This document shows, piece by piece, positions 53,002-61,763 of a DNA stretch of 64,000 nt. The stretch lies in the NCBI RefSeq assembly GCF_051105105.1, contig NZ_CP185339.1; one strand, given 5' to 3'. Position numbers and translations under genes: made by a program. The stretch is from Nannocystis pusilla (lineage in GTDB: Bacteria > Myxococcota_A > Polyangia > Nannocystales > Nannocystaceae). The notes under the pieces were generated by a model. The model saw only the letters and a list, made by a program, of their open reading frames with translations, was not told where the DNA came from and ran no database searches. Each line of letters begins with the position of its first letter. The stretch's first letter is position 1.

Positions 53002-53790
53002 TCAGTGGAGGGCGAGCTCGCGGCCGCGCCAGCGGCGGAGGGCGAGCTCGCCGAGCAGGGCGACGAGGCCGAACAGCAGCAGGCCGAGCAGGGTGGCGGT
53101 GAAGATCGCGGCGAACAGGTAGGCGGTCTGCAGGCGGCCGGAGGTCTGGAGGATGAGGGCGCCGAGGCCGAGCTCGTCGGCGCCGAAGCCGGCGAAGAAC
53201 TCGCCGACGATGGCGCCGATGACCGCGAGGCCGCCGCTGATCTTGGCGCCGGCGACGAAGTAGGGCAGCGAGCCGGGCAGGCGCAGCTTGAGCAGCAGCT
53301 GCAGGCGCGAGGCGTCGCTCATGGCGAACAGCTCGAGCAGCTGCGGGTCGACGCGGACGAGGCCGGTGGTGCCGTTGGTGATGATGGGGAAGACGCTGAG
53401 GATCGCGGCGGTGAGGACGACGCTCTGCAGGCCGGTGCCGAACCACACGACGATCAGCGGGGCGACGGCGACGATCGGGACGGTCTGGAGGAAGATCGCG
53501 TACGGGTAGAGGCTGCGCGCCGCCGTCTGCGACTGCGAGAACAGGACGGCCACGAGGCCGCCGACGACGAGGCTGGCCCCGAGGCCCCCGAGCGCGCCGA
53601 GGGCGGTCAGCAGCGCGGCCTGGGCGAGCTCGCCGACGTGGGCCGCCGCCTCGCGCGCGACCTCGGCCGGCGTCGGCACGAGGTAGGCCGGCAGCGCCAG
53701 AGCGCTGCAGGCGAGCTGCCACAGGCCGAGGAAGGCGAGGAAGACGAGGAGCGGCGGGGACGCGGCTCGAGCGGCCGATGCGAGGGTCAT
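53002..53790 (-). CDS. ABC transporter permease (NitT/TauT/SsuC family)
   Basis: 6 TM segments. BtuC/EAA-like loop (SVFPIITNGTTG). 262 aa. Confidence 0.75.
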   Translation of the reverse strand: MTLASAARAASPPLLVFLAFLGLWQLACSALALPAYLVPTPAEVAREAAAHVGELAQAALLTALGALGGLGASLVVGGLVAVLFSQSQTAARSLYPYAIFLQTVPIVAVAPLIVVWFGTGLQSVVLTAAILSVFPIITNGTTGLVRVDPQLLELFAMSDASRLQLLLKLRLPGSLPYFVAGAKISGGLAVIGAIVGEFFAGFGADELGLGALILQTSGRLQTAYLFAAIFTATLLGLLLFGLVALLGELALRRWRGRELALH

Positions 53791-53899
53791 GCGCGGAGGC
53801 AGAGAGGAGGAGTGGCGAGAGGCGAGGCGCGGGCGCCAGGCGAGGGTGCGGGGAACGTGGGGAGGAGGAGAGCCGGGCTGCAGCGGCGGGGCGGGATGG

Positions 53900-53990
53900 G
53901 GAGCTGTCCCCAGGGACTTGCGCGAAGAGACAGGTGTGAAGGGACAGGGCGGAGAGGTCAGGTCCGAACGGGCAGGTCCGAAAGGTCAGG
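53900..53990. repeat. CAGG-variant repeat cluster between the ABC ATPase and permease genes of one operon
   Basis: GAGCTGTCCCCAGGGAC, AGAGACAGGTG, AAGGGACAGGG, GGTCAGGTCCGAACGGGCAGGTCCGAAAGGTCAGG. Confidence 0.55.
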
Positions 53991-54764
53991 CGGGGCGGCG
54001 GCGCGCAGGCGGGCGCGGACGTCGGCGGCGATCGCCGCGAACTCGGGGCTGCCGATCAGGGCGGCGCGGCGCGGGCGCGGCAGGGCGATCGGGATGTCGG
54101 CGACCACGCGGCCGGGGCGGCCGGACAGGACGACGACGCGGTCGCCGAGCAGGACCGCCTCGGCGACGCTGTGGGTGACGGCCAGGGCGGTGAAGCGGTC
54201 GCGCTCCCACAGGCGCAGCAGCTCGTCGTTGAGCCGCTCGCGCGTGAGCTCGTCGAGGGCGCCGAACGGCTCGTCGAGGAGCAGCAGCTCGGGCCGGGTG
54301 ACGAGCGCGCGGGCCAGGGAGGCCCGCATCTTCATGCCGCCCGAGAGCGCGGTCGGGGGGGCGGCGGCGAACTCCGACAGGCCGACGAGCGCGAGGGCGG
54401 CGTCGGCGGCGGCGGTCTGCTCGGCGATCGGGGCGCGCGCGAGCTCGAGCGGGAGGCGGACGTTGGCGTGCAGGCTGCGCCACGGGAGCAGGGTAGGGTC
54501 CTGAAACACGAAGGCGACCGCGCGGCGCGCCCGGGCCCGCTCGGGGGCCTCGCCGGCGACGGTGAGGGTGCCCGCGCTGGCGGGCGCGAGGCCGGCGGCG
54601 ACGCGCAGGAAGGTCGACTTGCCGCAGCCCGAGGGGCCGATGAGGGCGAGCAGCTCGCCGCGGCGGACGACGAGGTCGAGGCCGCTCAGGGCCTGCACGC
54701 CGCCCGCGAACTGCACGCCGAGGCCGCGGGCCTCGATGTGCGGGGCTGGGACCGGCTCGGTCAC
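53958..54764 (-). CDS. ABC transporter ATP-binding protein (NitT/TauT/SsuB family)
   Basis: Walker A GPSGCGKST, signature LSGGMKMRASLARAL, Walker B LLLDEPFGALD. GTG start at 54764. Its 3' end is overlapped by a repeat cluster. Confidence 0.8.
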   Translation of the reverse strand: MTEPVPAPHIEARGLGVQFAGGVQALSGLDLVVRRGELLALIGPSGCGKSTFLRVAAGLAPASAGTLTVAGEAPERARARRAVAFVFQDPTLLPWRSLHANVRLPLELARAPIAEQTAAADAALALVGLSEFAAAPPTALSGGMKMRASLARALVTRPELLLLDEPFGALDELTRERLNDELLRLWERDRFTALAVTHSVAEAVLLGDRVVVLSGRPGRVVADIPIALPRPRRAALIGSPEFAAIAADVRARLRAAAPPDLSDLPVRT

Positions 54765-54985
54765 GCGAGGGACGCTAACACAGCGGCGGACGCCCCGTGC
54801 GCCGTGAGCCGCGGTCGGGCGACGCCCGGGGCCGTGCGGCGCGCAGACACCGAAGGAGCGGCCGGCGACGACGGACTCGTCGCCGGGGTTCGGGCACCGA
54901 CGGCCGATGCGAGAGCCCGTGTCCTGGGGGCGCTGCCGGGTGGTGCGCCCGGCTCGGTCGCGGCTCGAGATCTCGCGGCCCGGCG

Positions 54986-55765
54986 TCAGGCCTTGCGAGG
55001 GCGCGAGCGGCGGGCGCGGGCCGGCTTGGCCGGGGGGGCAGGGGGCTCGGGCTCGTCTGCCTCTTCGGGCATGTCCTCGAGGTCCGGTGCTTCCGAACCT
55101 GTCGCTTCGGACATGTCCTCGGAGCCCTCCTCGGCCGCGGCCTCGGGGCCGGCCTCGGGGGGGTCGGACGGGGCCGCCTCGAGGCCGCTGTTGCGGAGGG
55201 TGCGGGGCGGCAGCAGCTCGGGCTCGCTGACGACCTTCTTGGCCAGGAAGATGGCGGCGTCGATCTGGGAGAAGCTGCGGGCGCGGTAGAACTGGAGCGC
55301 GCGCTTGTTGTTGGCGGCGACCTCGAGGACGAGGTGGGTGCAGCCGCGCACGCGGGCGAGGTGCTCGAGCTGCTCGATGACGAAGCTGCCGATCCCGCGG
55401 CCCTGGAAGTCGGGGTGGATGGCGATCTCCTCGACGAACAGCGGCCGCATGTCGCGGCTCTCGAAGTAGCGCTCGTTGATCCAATTGTCGGAGCCGATGA
55501 CCTCGTAGGCGCACTCGGCGTAGCCGACGATCACCGGCGCGTCGCCCTCGTGGATCTCGAACAGCAGCTGCTCGATGCCCTCCTCCTCGTAGATCTCGAG
55601 GAAGCGGGTCTTGGTGCGGGGGCGCTGGTACTCGACGGTCTCGCGGTTGACCGAGCGGAACACGCGCTTGAGGAACTCCCACACCTTGTTGAGGTCGCGG
55701 CGGTGGATCCGGCGGACACGGATGGTCGGCTCCGTGACGGCGGGCGCGGGCTTGCGGGAGGCCAC
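54986..55765 (-). CDS. GNAT-family N-acetyltransferase with repeat-derived acidic C-terminal tail
   Basis: Acetyl-CoA motif (IAIHPDFQGRGIGSFVIEQL). The C-terminal 60 aa (EDMSEATGSEAPDLEDMPEEADEPEPP...) are encoded by the CATG-palindrome repeat copies at 55062-55125. Confidence 0.6.
   Translation of the reverse strand: MASRKPAPAVTEPTIRVRRIHRRDLNKVWEFLKRVFRSVNRETVEYQRPRTKTRFLEIYEEEGIEQLLFEIHEGDAPVIVGYAECAYEVIGSDNWINERYFESRDMRPLFVEEIAIHPDFQGRGIGSFVIEQLEHLARVRGCTHLVLEVAANNKRALQFYRARSFSQIDAAIFLAKKVVSEPELLPPRTLRNSGLEAAPSDPPEAGPEAAAEEGSEDMSEATGSEAPDLEDMPEEADEPEPPAPPAKPARARRSRPRKA
55062..55125. repeat. CATG-palindrome repeat units in-frame in the GNAT gene tail
   Basis: CTTCGGGCATGTCCTCGAGGTCCGG...GAACCTGTCGCTTCGGACATGTCCTCGGAG. 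Confidence 0.65.
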
Positions 55766-55840
55766 GGCCGAAGTCTAGCACCGCCGAGGGGGCGCTCGTC
55801 CGCCTTGCGTGTCTGCGCACGTGCGTGGCATGCTCGGCCG

Positions 55841-57662
55841 ATGCGTCCCCGCGCCGCTGCGTCCGCTGCCGAGCCCGCGCGTCGTTGTGGCCAACGTCCC
55901 GGCGCGGGCCTGCGCCGGATCGGGCTCGGGTGCGTGGCCGTCGCGCTCGCTTGCGGACCGGGCGAGCAGAAGGCGCAGAAGGTCGAGGCGAACCCGAACA
56001 TGCCCGACCGGGTGCAAGCGCCCGCGCCCGCGCCGCGCCGGCCGGAGATCACGGACTGCCCCGAGGCGCTCCGCGAGCCCGAGCAGGTCGACCGCGTGAT
56101 CGGCTCGGCCTGCAAGTCGGTGACGGTCCACCCGGGCTACCGCGTCGAGAACGGGTCGCTGACGATCGAGGCCGGGGTGACCCTGCAGTTCATGCCCGGC
56201 GCCGAGCTGGCGGTCGGCTTCGAGCGCCCGGCGACGCTGCATGTGCGCGGCACGCCCGAGTCGCCGGTCCGCTTCACGGCCGCGGGCGATCAGGCCAAGC
56301 CGGGGGCGTGGAAGGGGATCGCGCTGTACGACCACGCCGACGGCTCGGAGATCGCCGGGCTCGTGCTCGAGTTCGCCGGCACCGACCTGCGCGGGGCGAT
56401 CTACGTGCAGGCGACCGACGTGAAGATCGACGGCTCGACGGTGCGCGACAGCCAGAACGTGGCGGTCCACGTCACGTCGAAGGGCCACGTCAGCAGCTTC
56501 AAGGGCAACCGGCTCGAGCGCGTGAGCTCGCCGGCGCTGCTGCTGCCAGCCCGCTCGGCCGGGTCGGTGACGCCCGACAACACGTTCCCGCCCGACTCGG
56601 TGATCCACGTGCTCGGCGGGGCGATCCGCGACCGCGCCCGCTGGGACGTGCCGAAGGTGCCGTTCGTGATCGGCGGGGTGATCGAGATCGAGGGCCCCGA
56701 CGACAAGCACGAGGCGATGCTCGAGCTGGCGCCGGGGACAGTCCTGAAGTTCGACGACGACGCGTACTTCACCGTCGGCTACGACCACCCGGCGGCGCTC
56801 ATCGCCGAGGCGGCGGGCAAGGAGCCGATCGTGCTGACGTCGGCGACGCGCCAGAACGTCGCACGCGTGGCGCGGGGTCAACCTCTACCGCTCGGCCAGC
56901 GCGAGCTTCAGCAACGTGGTGTTCGAGTACGGCGGCCAGCGCTCCGACCGCGGGGTGGTCTACGCCAACAACGAGGCGCGCCTCAGCGCGAAGGGCTGCA
57001 CGTTCCGCGACAACGGCGGCGGCGTGACGCTCCAGGGCGCGAACGTCCGCCTCGGCGAGTTCCGCGACAACACGTTCGAGCGCTCGCACCCGGCCTTCGA
57101 CGTGAGCCCGCAGCTGTTCGGGATGATCCCGGCCGAGAACAAGCTCGACGCCGCGACGACGGTCCAGGTCGAGGGCGGCGAGGTCAGCAAGGACGCGGTG
57201 TGGCACGACTTCGGGGTGCCGATCGAGGTCAAGCGCCCGGTCTGGGTCGACAACCAGGCGACGCTGACGATCCGCGCCGGCGCCAAGCTGCGCGTCCACG
57301 ACGGCTTCTCGCTCGGGGTCGGCGAGTTCGGCGGCGGCTCGCTGCGCGTCGAGGGCACGGCCGAGCGCCCGGTGCAGATCTTCGGGACCACCGACCGCCG
57401 CGGGACGTGGGACGCGATCCGGCTGTACGAGAAGGCCCGCGGCAACCTGTTCGAGCACGTGCAGCTGCGCAACGCCGGCGGCGAGGGGGCGATCAACGTC
57501 GCCATGGGGGTCGACGCGGTCGTCCGCGACGTGTCCTGCGTGCGCTGCTTCAGCCCGACGCTGACATGGGCCTGCGGCTCGCGCGTGACGTCCGAGCGCG
57601 TCGCGGGCGGGGCCGAGACGCCGGCGGCGACGCTGCCGCCGTTCGGCTGCGACCCGGCCTGA
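55841..57662 (+). pseudogene. secreted lipoprotein with beta-helix-like repeats; frameshifted in a GGGG run near 56871
   Basis: LGCVAVALACGPG lipobox in the frame of ORF 54797..57709 up to ...TSATRQNVARVARG. It continues in the frame of ORF 56916..57662 (VNLYRSASASFSNVVFEYGGQ...). Removing one G at 56871-56874 joins the frames. Confidence 0.45.
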
Positions 57663-57811
57663 GGCCGCGCGCTCGACGGGCTAGCGAGGGGGCACGAGAT
57701 AAGGGGTAATTTTTTGAGCCGCAAGGGCCGTCTCTTGCGGATAAAGGTGCATATATGGGCCTTTGTTTCGCGCGGCCTGTCGCGGCAGCACGGGCGCCGG
57801 CATGACGTAGG

Positions 57812-57885
57812 GAGCATGTCGACAGGGACATGCTCGGAAGGGCATGCCCTGAAGAGCATGTTCTTCGAGTCATGGCCGTGAGGGC
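57812..57885. repeat. CATG-palindrome repeat cluster overlapping the 3' end of the STK-TPR gene
   Basis: GAGCATGTC-GACAGG-GACATGCTC hairpin, AGGGCATGCCCT palindrome, AAGAGCATGTTCTTCGAG. Confidence 0.7.
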
Positions 57886-60620
57886 AGGTGTGTCCGCGGG
57901 CCGGTGCGGGTCAGCAGGCGCTCGCTGGCGGCCAGCTGGCGGGCGAAGCTGGCGCCGGCGCTGCGGTAGAAGGCGAGCGCGGCCCCGAGGTGCGGGCGGG
58001 CGGCGGCCACGGCGGGCGGCGTGGCGGTCAGCAGGGCCTCGGCGAGGGTGCGGTGGGCGCGAGCGAGGCGCGGGGCCCAGTGCGGGTCGTCGGCGGCGAG
58101 GACGGTGAGCTCGGCGACGGCCGCGGCCAGCGGGACGCGGGCCTCGAGCGGCCGGCCGCGGACGAGCAAGTTCTGGCCGAGGACCAGGCGCAGCTCGGCG
58201 ATCTCCTCGCTCGACCAGGTGGCGTCGGGCATGCGCGCGAGGGTGGCCTGGAGGTGCTCGACGGCGGTGTTGTCGTCGACCAGGCCGGCGAGGCCGCGAT
58301 AGCCGGCGAGCAGGGTCGCCTCGGGCCCGAACAGGCGCGTGCCGGACAGCTCCGACAGCTCGGCGGCGGCGCGGAAGACCGAGGCGGCGTCGTCGTCGTC
58401 GCCGATCTCGGTGGCGGCGCGGCCGAGGTGGAACAGGCACCGCGTGCGACGCACGAGGTCGTCGGGCAAGAACCGCTCGAGGGCGACGCAGCCGGCCTGG
58501 AGGATCGACCAGGCCTCGCCGGGCTCGGCCAGCTGGGCGGCGGTGATCCGCGCCTCGATCGTGGCAGGGTGGACGACGCCGAGCTCGGCGTCGAAGATCT
58601 CGAGGGCGCGCGCGAGGAGGTCGTCGCGCGCGGCGCCCGGATCGGTGACGGCGGCGAGGTTGAGGAGGGTGTAGCCAACGTCGCGGTGGCCGGCCGACAG
58701 GGCGCCCTGGCGCACGCTCAGGGCCTCGGTGAAGTAGCGCCGCGCCTCGGAGGTGTTGCGCTGGGCGAGGTTGGCGACGCCGAGGTTGTGCAGGACGAGG
58801 CCGCGCAGGGCCTCGGGGGCGGCGCCGCGAGAGGCGAGGGCGAGGGCGAGGGGCTCGTCGGCGAGGGCGCGAGCGACCATCTCGGGCCGGCGACTGGCGG
58901 CGACGATCCGCGAGGCCACGGCCTCGGCCGCGATCGCGTCGCCGCGCGACTCGATGCCGCTGCGCATGGCCCGGGTCGACCACTCGAGCTCCTGGCCGGT
59001 CTCCTCGGAGGTGTTGAGCGAGAGCCGCCCGCGCAGCAGCGCGACCTCGGCGCGTAGCGGGGCGTAGCCGATCTGCTCGGCGGCGGCTTCGATGTCGGCG
59101 GCCTGATCGACCGCGTCGTGGATCCGCCCGAGCTTGGCCAGCGCCTCGGCCCGCGCCATGTGGTTGCGCAGGTCGGCGACGCGCTCGCCGAGCTCGGGGT
59201 CGTCGGGCGCCGGCGGCTCGGCCTTGAGGAAGGCGAGCTCGTGGCAGGCGGAGGGCGGGACGAGATCGCTGGCGGCGCCGAGCGCCCGCGGGGCCATGTC
59301 CATGTCGGCGATCGACAGGGCCTTGACGGTCTCGTCGAAGGCGTCGCGCCGACGATCGAGGCAGCGGCGCTGGCGATCGAGCAAGGCCTCGGTGTAGCGG
59401 CCCTGGTGCTCGGCGAGACAGGTGTCGCGGTGGTTCTCGGCCCACGAGGCGGCGAAGCGGTCGAGCTTGTCGGCGACCCTGGGCCACAGCACCGCGGCGT
59501 AGTTGGGCGCCGCGTCGCGCAAGGCCGTGGCGACGGCGTTGCGCTGGGCCGGGCCCCACACGCGGGCGATGTCGGCGTCGGCGTCGGCGCACGGCGACTC
59601 GGCGGCGGCCTCGGGCACGAACGCGAGGCCGGCGGCGCCGGCGGTGAGGGCCAGCGCCAGGGCGGCGCCGACGAACCGCCAGGTCCGCCCGCGCGACGGG
59701 ACGAGCGCGCCGAGCAGCGCCTCCATCGACGGGTAGCGGTCGCGCGGCTCGGTCTTGAGGCCGCGCATGAGCGCGGCGATGAGCCACGCGGGCACGCCAT
59801 GGTTGCGCGGCGGAGGCCGCAGGTGGCCGTTGGTGATCGCGTGCGAGAGCGCGAGGATGTCGTTGCCGGCGAACGGCGGCAGGCCGAACAGGGCCTCGTA
59901 GAGGGCGACGCAGAAGCTGAACTGATCGGAAGCCGGCTCGGCCGCGCCGCCGCGCCAGCGCTCGGGCGCGAGATAAGCGGGGGTGCCGAGGATGTCCTCG
60001 CCGTCGTCGCCGACGCGGATCCGCATGCTCTGGCTGGCGCCCGAGGACAGGTCGAGCAGGCCCGGACGATCGGGGGTGGCGCGCACGAGCCCGAAGTCGA
60101 GGACACAGGCGCGGCCGGTGGCGTCGATCATGACGTTGCCGGGCTTGAAGTCGCGGTGCAGGAGGCCCACCTCGTGGGCGGCGGCGAGGCCTCGCGCGGC
60201 CTGGGTGAACACGTCGTGGATCTCGCGCCAGGTCCGCGGCCCGGCGGCCAGCCAGGCCGGCAGCGCGGCGCCGCGGATCAGCTCCATGGCGACGTAGACC
60301 TGGCCCTTGATGACCCCGGCCTCGAGCACGGTGATGACATTGGGGTGGCTGACGCCCGCCATCGCCTGGGCCTCGCGCAGCAGCCGGATCTGGCCCTTCG
60401 ACCCGGTGTCGGGCAGGACCTTGATCGCGACCTTGCGGTCGAGGAGCTCGTCGTAAGCGGCGTAGACGACCGCCGTGCCGCCGCCGAGGCGCTCGAGGAT
60501 GGTGAACCGACCGAGCCGCGGAGGCAGGATCGCAGGGACCGAGATCGCGACACCAGGCAGCGACTGCGTGATGTCCACCGAGATCCCCGACGCGTCCGTA
60601 TCGGGAATGATGACGCTCAT
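57870..60620 (-). CDS. Ser/Thr protein kinase with large C-terminal TPR/helical-repeat domain
   Basis: Kinase motifs (GGGTAVVYAAYD, AIK, HRDFKPGNVMI, DFGLV, GTPAYLAPE), one TM segment and about 550 aa of TPR-like repeats. Start at the internal ATG 60620. ORF-track 57870..60662 (TTG). Confidence 0.8.
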   Translation of the reverse strand: MSVIIPDTDASGISVDITQSLPGVAISVPAILPPRLGRFTILERLGGGTAVVYAAYDELLDRKVAIKVLPDTGSKGQIRLLREAQAMAGVSHPNVITVLEAGVIKGQVYVAMELIRGAALPAWLAAGPRTWREIHDVFTQAARGLAAAHEVGLLHRDFKPGNVMIDATGRACVLDFGLVRATPDRPGLLDLSSGASQSMRIRVGDDGEDILGTPAYLAPERWRGGAAEPASDQFSFCVALYEALFGLPPFAGNDILALSHAITNGHLRPPPRNHGVPAWLIAALMRGLKTEPRDRYPSMEALLGALVPSRGRTWRFVGAALALALTAGAAGLAFVPEAAAESPCADADADIARVWGPAQRNAVATALRDAAPNYAAVLWPRVADKLDRFAASWAENHRDTCLAEHQGRYTEALLDRQRRCLDRRRDAFDETVKALSIADMDMAPRALGAASDLVPPSACHELAFLKAEPPAPDDPELGERVADLRNHMARAEALAKLGRIHDAVDQAADIEAAAEQIGYAPLRAEVALLRGRLSLNTSEETGQELEWSTRAMRSGIESRGDAIAAEAVASRIVAASRRPEMVARALADEPLALALASRGAAPEALRGLVLHNLGVANLAQRNTSEARRYFTEALSVRQGALSAGHRDVGYTLLNLAAVTDPGAARDDLLARALEIFDAELGVVHPATIEARITAAQLAEPGEAWSILQAGCVALERFLPDDLVRRTRCLFHLGRAATEIGDDDDAASVFRAAAELSELSGTRLFGPEATLLAGYRGLAGLVDDNTAVEHLQATLARMPDATWSSEEIAELRLVLGQNLLVRGRPLEARVPLAAAVAELTVLAADDPHWAPRLARAHRTLAEALLTATPPAVAAARPHLGAALAFYRSAGASFARQLAASERLLTRTGPRTHLPSRP

Positions 60621-60662
60621 GGGACTCGACCAGTCTTGCACCGACCCGCACACACGCCCCAA

Positions 60663-61763
60663 GCGTGAGGTCGTGAGGCCGATGCAGCGCGTTCAAGCGG
60701 CGCCGCCGGCCCGTGGCGCGTGTCCGCCCGACCGCGACGCGCAGCGGGCGCTAAGCCTCGCCTGTCCCAAAGTTCTAAATTGATGTGTGCGACGAAACGC
60801 CGGCAGAAGCGCGCGCAAGGCGGTCAGACCGCCGTTCTCGCCGATCGGCCGAGGGCCCGCGGTTGTGCGGCGGATCAAGGATCGATCGGTGATCGAGGCG
60901 GTGAAACACAGGGTATCGGCGGGCGTATCGTGCATGGACGCGATCGTGGCTCGTAGGCGAGACGGGGACGGATCACGGGCGCCGCGCGGCCGCGAATGGC
61001 ACTTGTGCAGTGCGCCACGATGAAGGGTTCTCGAACGGTCGAGCTCGCCGTCGGCGCGTGCGCCCGGCGTGGCGACGAGGCGGACCGCGACGCGGGAGCC
61101 GCCGCGCTGGATCGAGGCCTCCACGACCGCGAACGCGTGAAGGCCGGGCGCGAGGGCGCCGGCGTGGTCGGTGTCACGCTGGCGGCAGCGAGGCGGCGAG
61201 CGAGCGACAGGCGGGGTTCGAGCCTCGCGCGATGGACGACGTCGGCGCGGGGACGTCGGCGCGGAGTGATGATTTGTCTTTCGGGACAGGTGGATGAGTG
61301 GACGCGGCAGTGCGGGGTTCGGCGGTGAGACTTGCTGCACAGGCGGCGCAGGATCGCGGCGCGCCGGCGCGAGCGGCGAGGGATTCGCGGTCGGCGCAGG
61401 CGAGGCCGGGCGTGTGGCCGGCGGAGCGCGGGTCGAGGCGGCGAGGCCGGCAAGCTCGCTGGAGCGCGCATACGAGACGCTCTTGGGCGTTGCGAGCGGT
61501 ACCTCGGCGAGGCGGCTGGCACGGGCGGCCTCGTGAGCGCGCCCGCGGGGGCACGCAGGTCTCGCGGGCGGCGCGAACACGGCGTCGCGTTCGCGGCTCC
61601 CGGGCGGCGCGAACACGGTGCGCTTGCGGGTACACGCAGGCGAGGGCGGCGCGAACACGAGGTCGCGCTCGCGGGCCGACGCAGGACTCGCAAGCGCTCG
61701 TACGAGCACTTTGGCGCGCGACCGGATTGCGCGCGGCGGCGGCAACGGGCACCTTCGGCCCGG
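60663..61763. other. about 1.1 kb region without a convincing protein-coding ORF (upstream regions of the divergent STK and guaD genes)
   Basis: All six frames give only Arg/Ala-rich low-complexity ORFs with no family signature. Contains an AT-richer patch (about 60760-60800) and the tandem hairpin repeats. Confidence 0.4.
61553..61710. repeat. about 3.5 imperfect tandem copies of a roughly 40-45 bp hairpin-containing unit upstream of guaD
   Basis: ACGCAGG...GGCGGCGCGAACACG(G/A)...GCG(Y)T(Y)GCGGG recurs at about 61553, 61600, 61634 and 61679. Each copy contains a CGCGAAC / G(T/C)TCGCG inverted repeat. Confidence 0.55.

Noticed and set aside
57550-60696. 1048-aa alternative minus-strand frame overlapping the STK-TPR gene; also 58718..60106 and 60693..62438
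   Set aside because: Pro/Arg/Ala-rich nonsense. The 57870..60620 frame carries a complete kinase catalytic core and TPR repeats.
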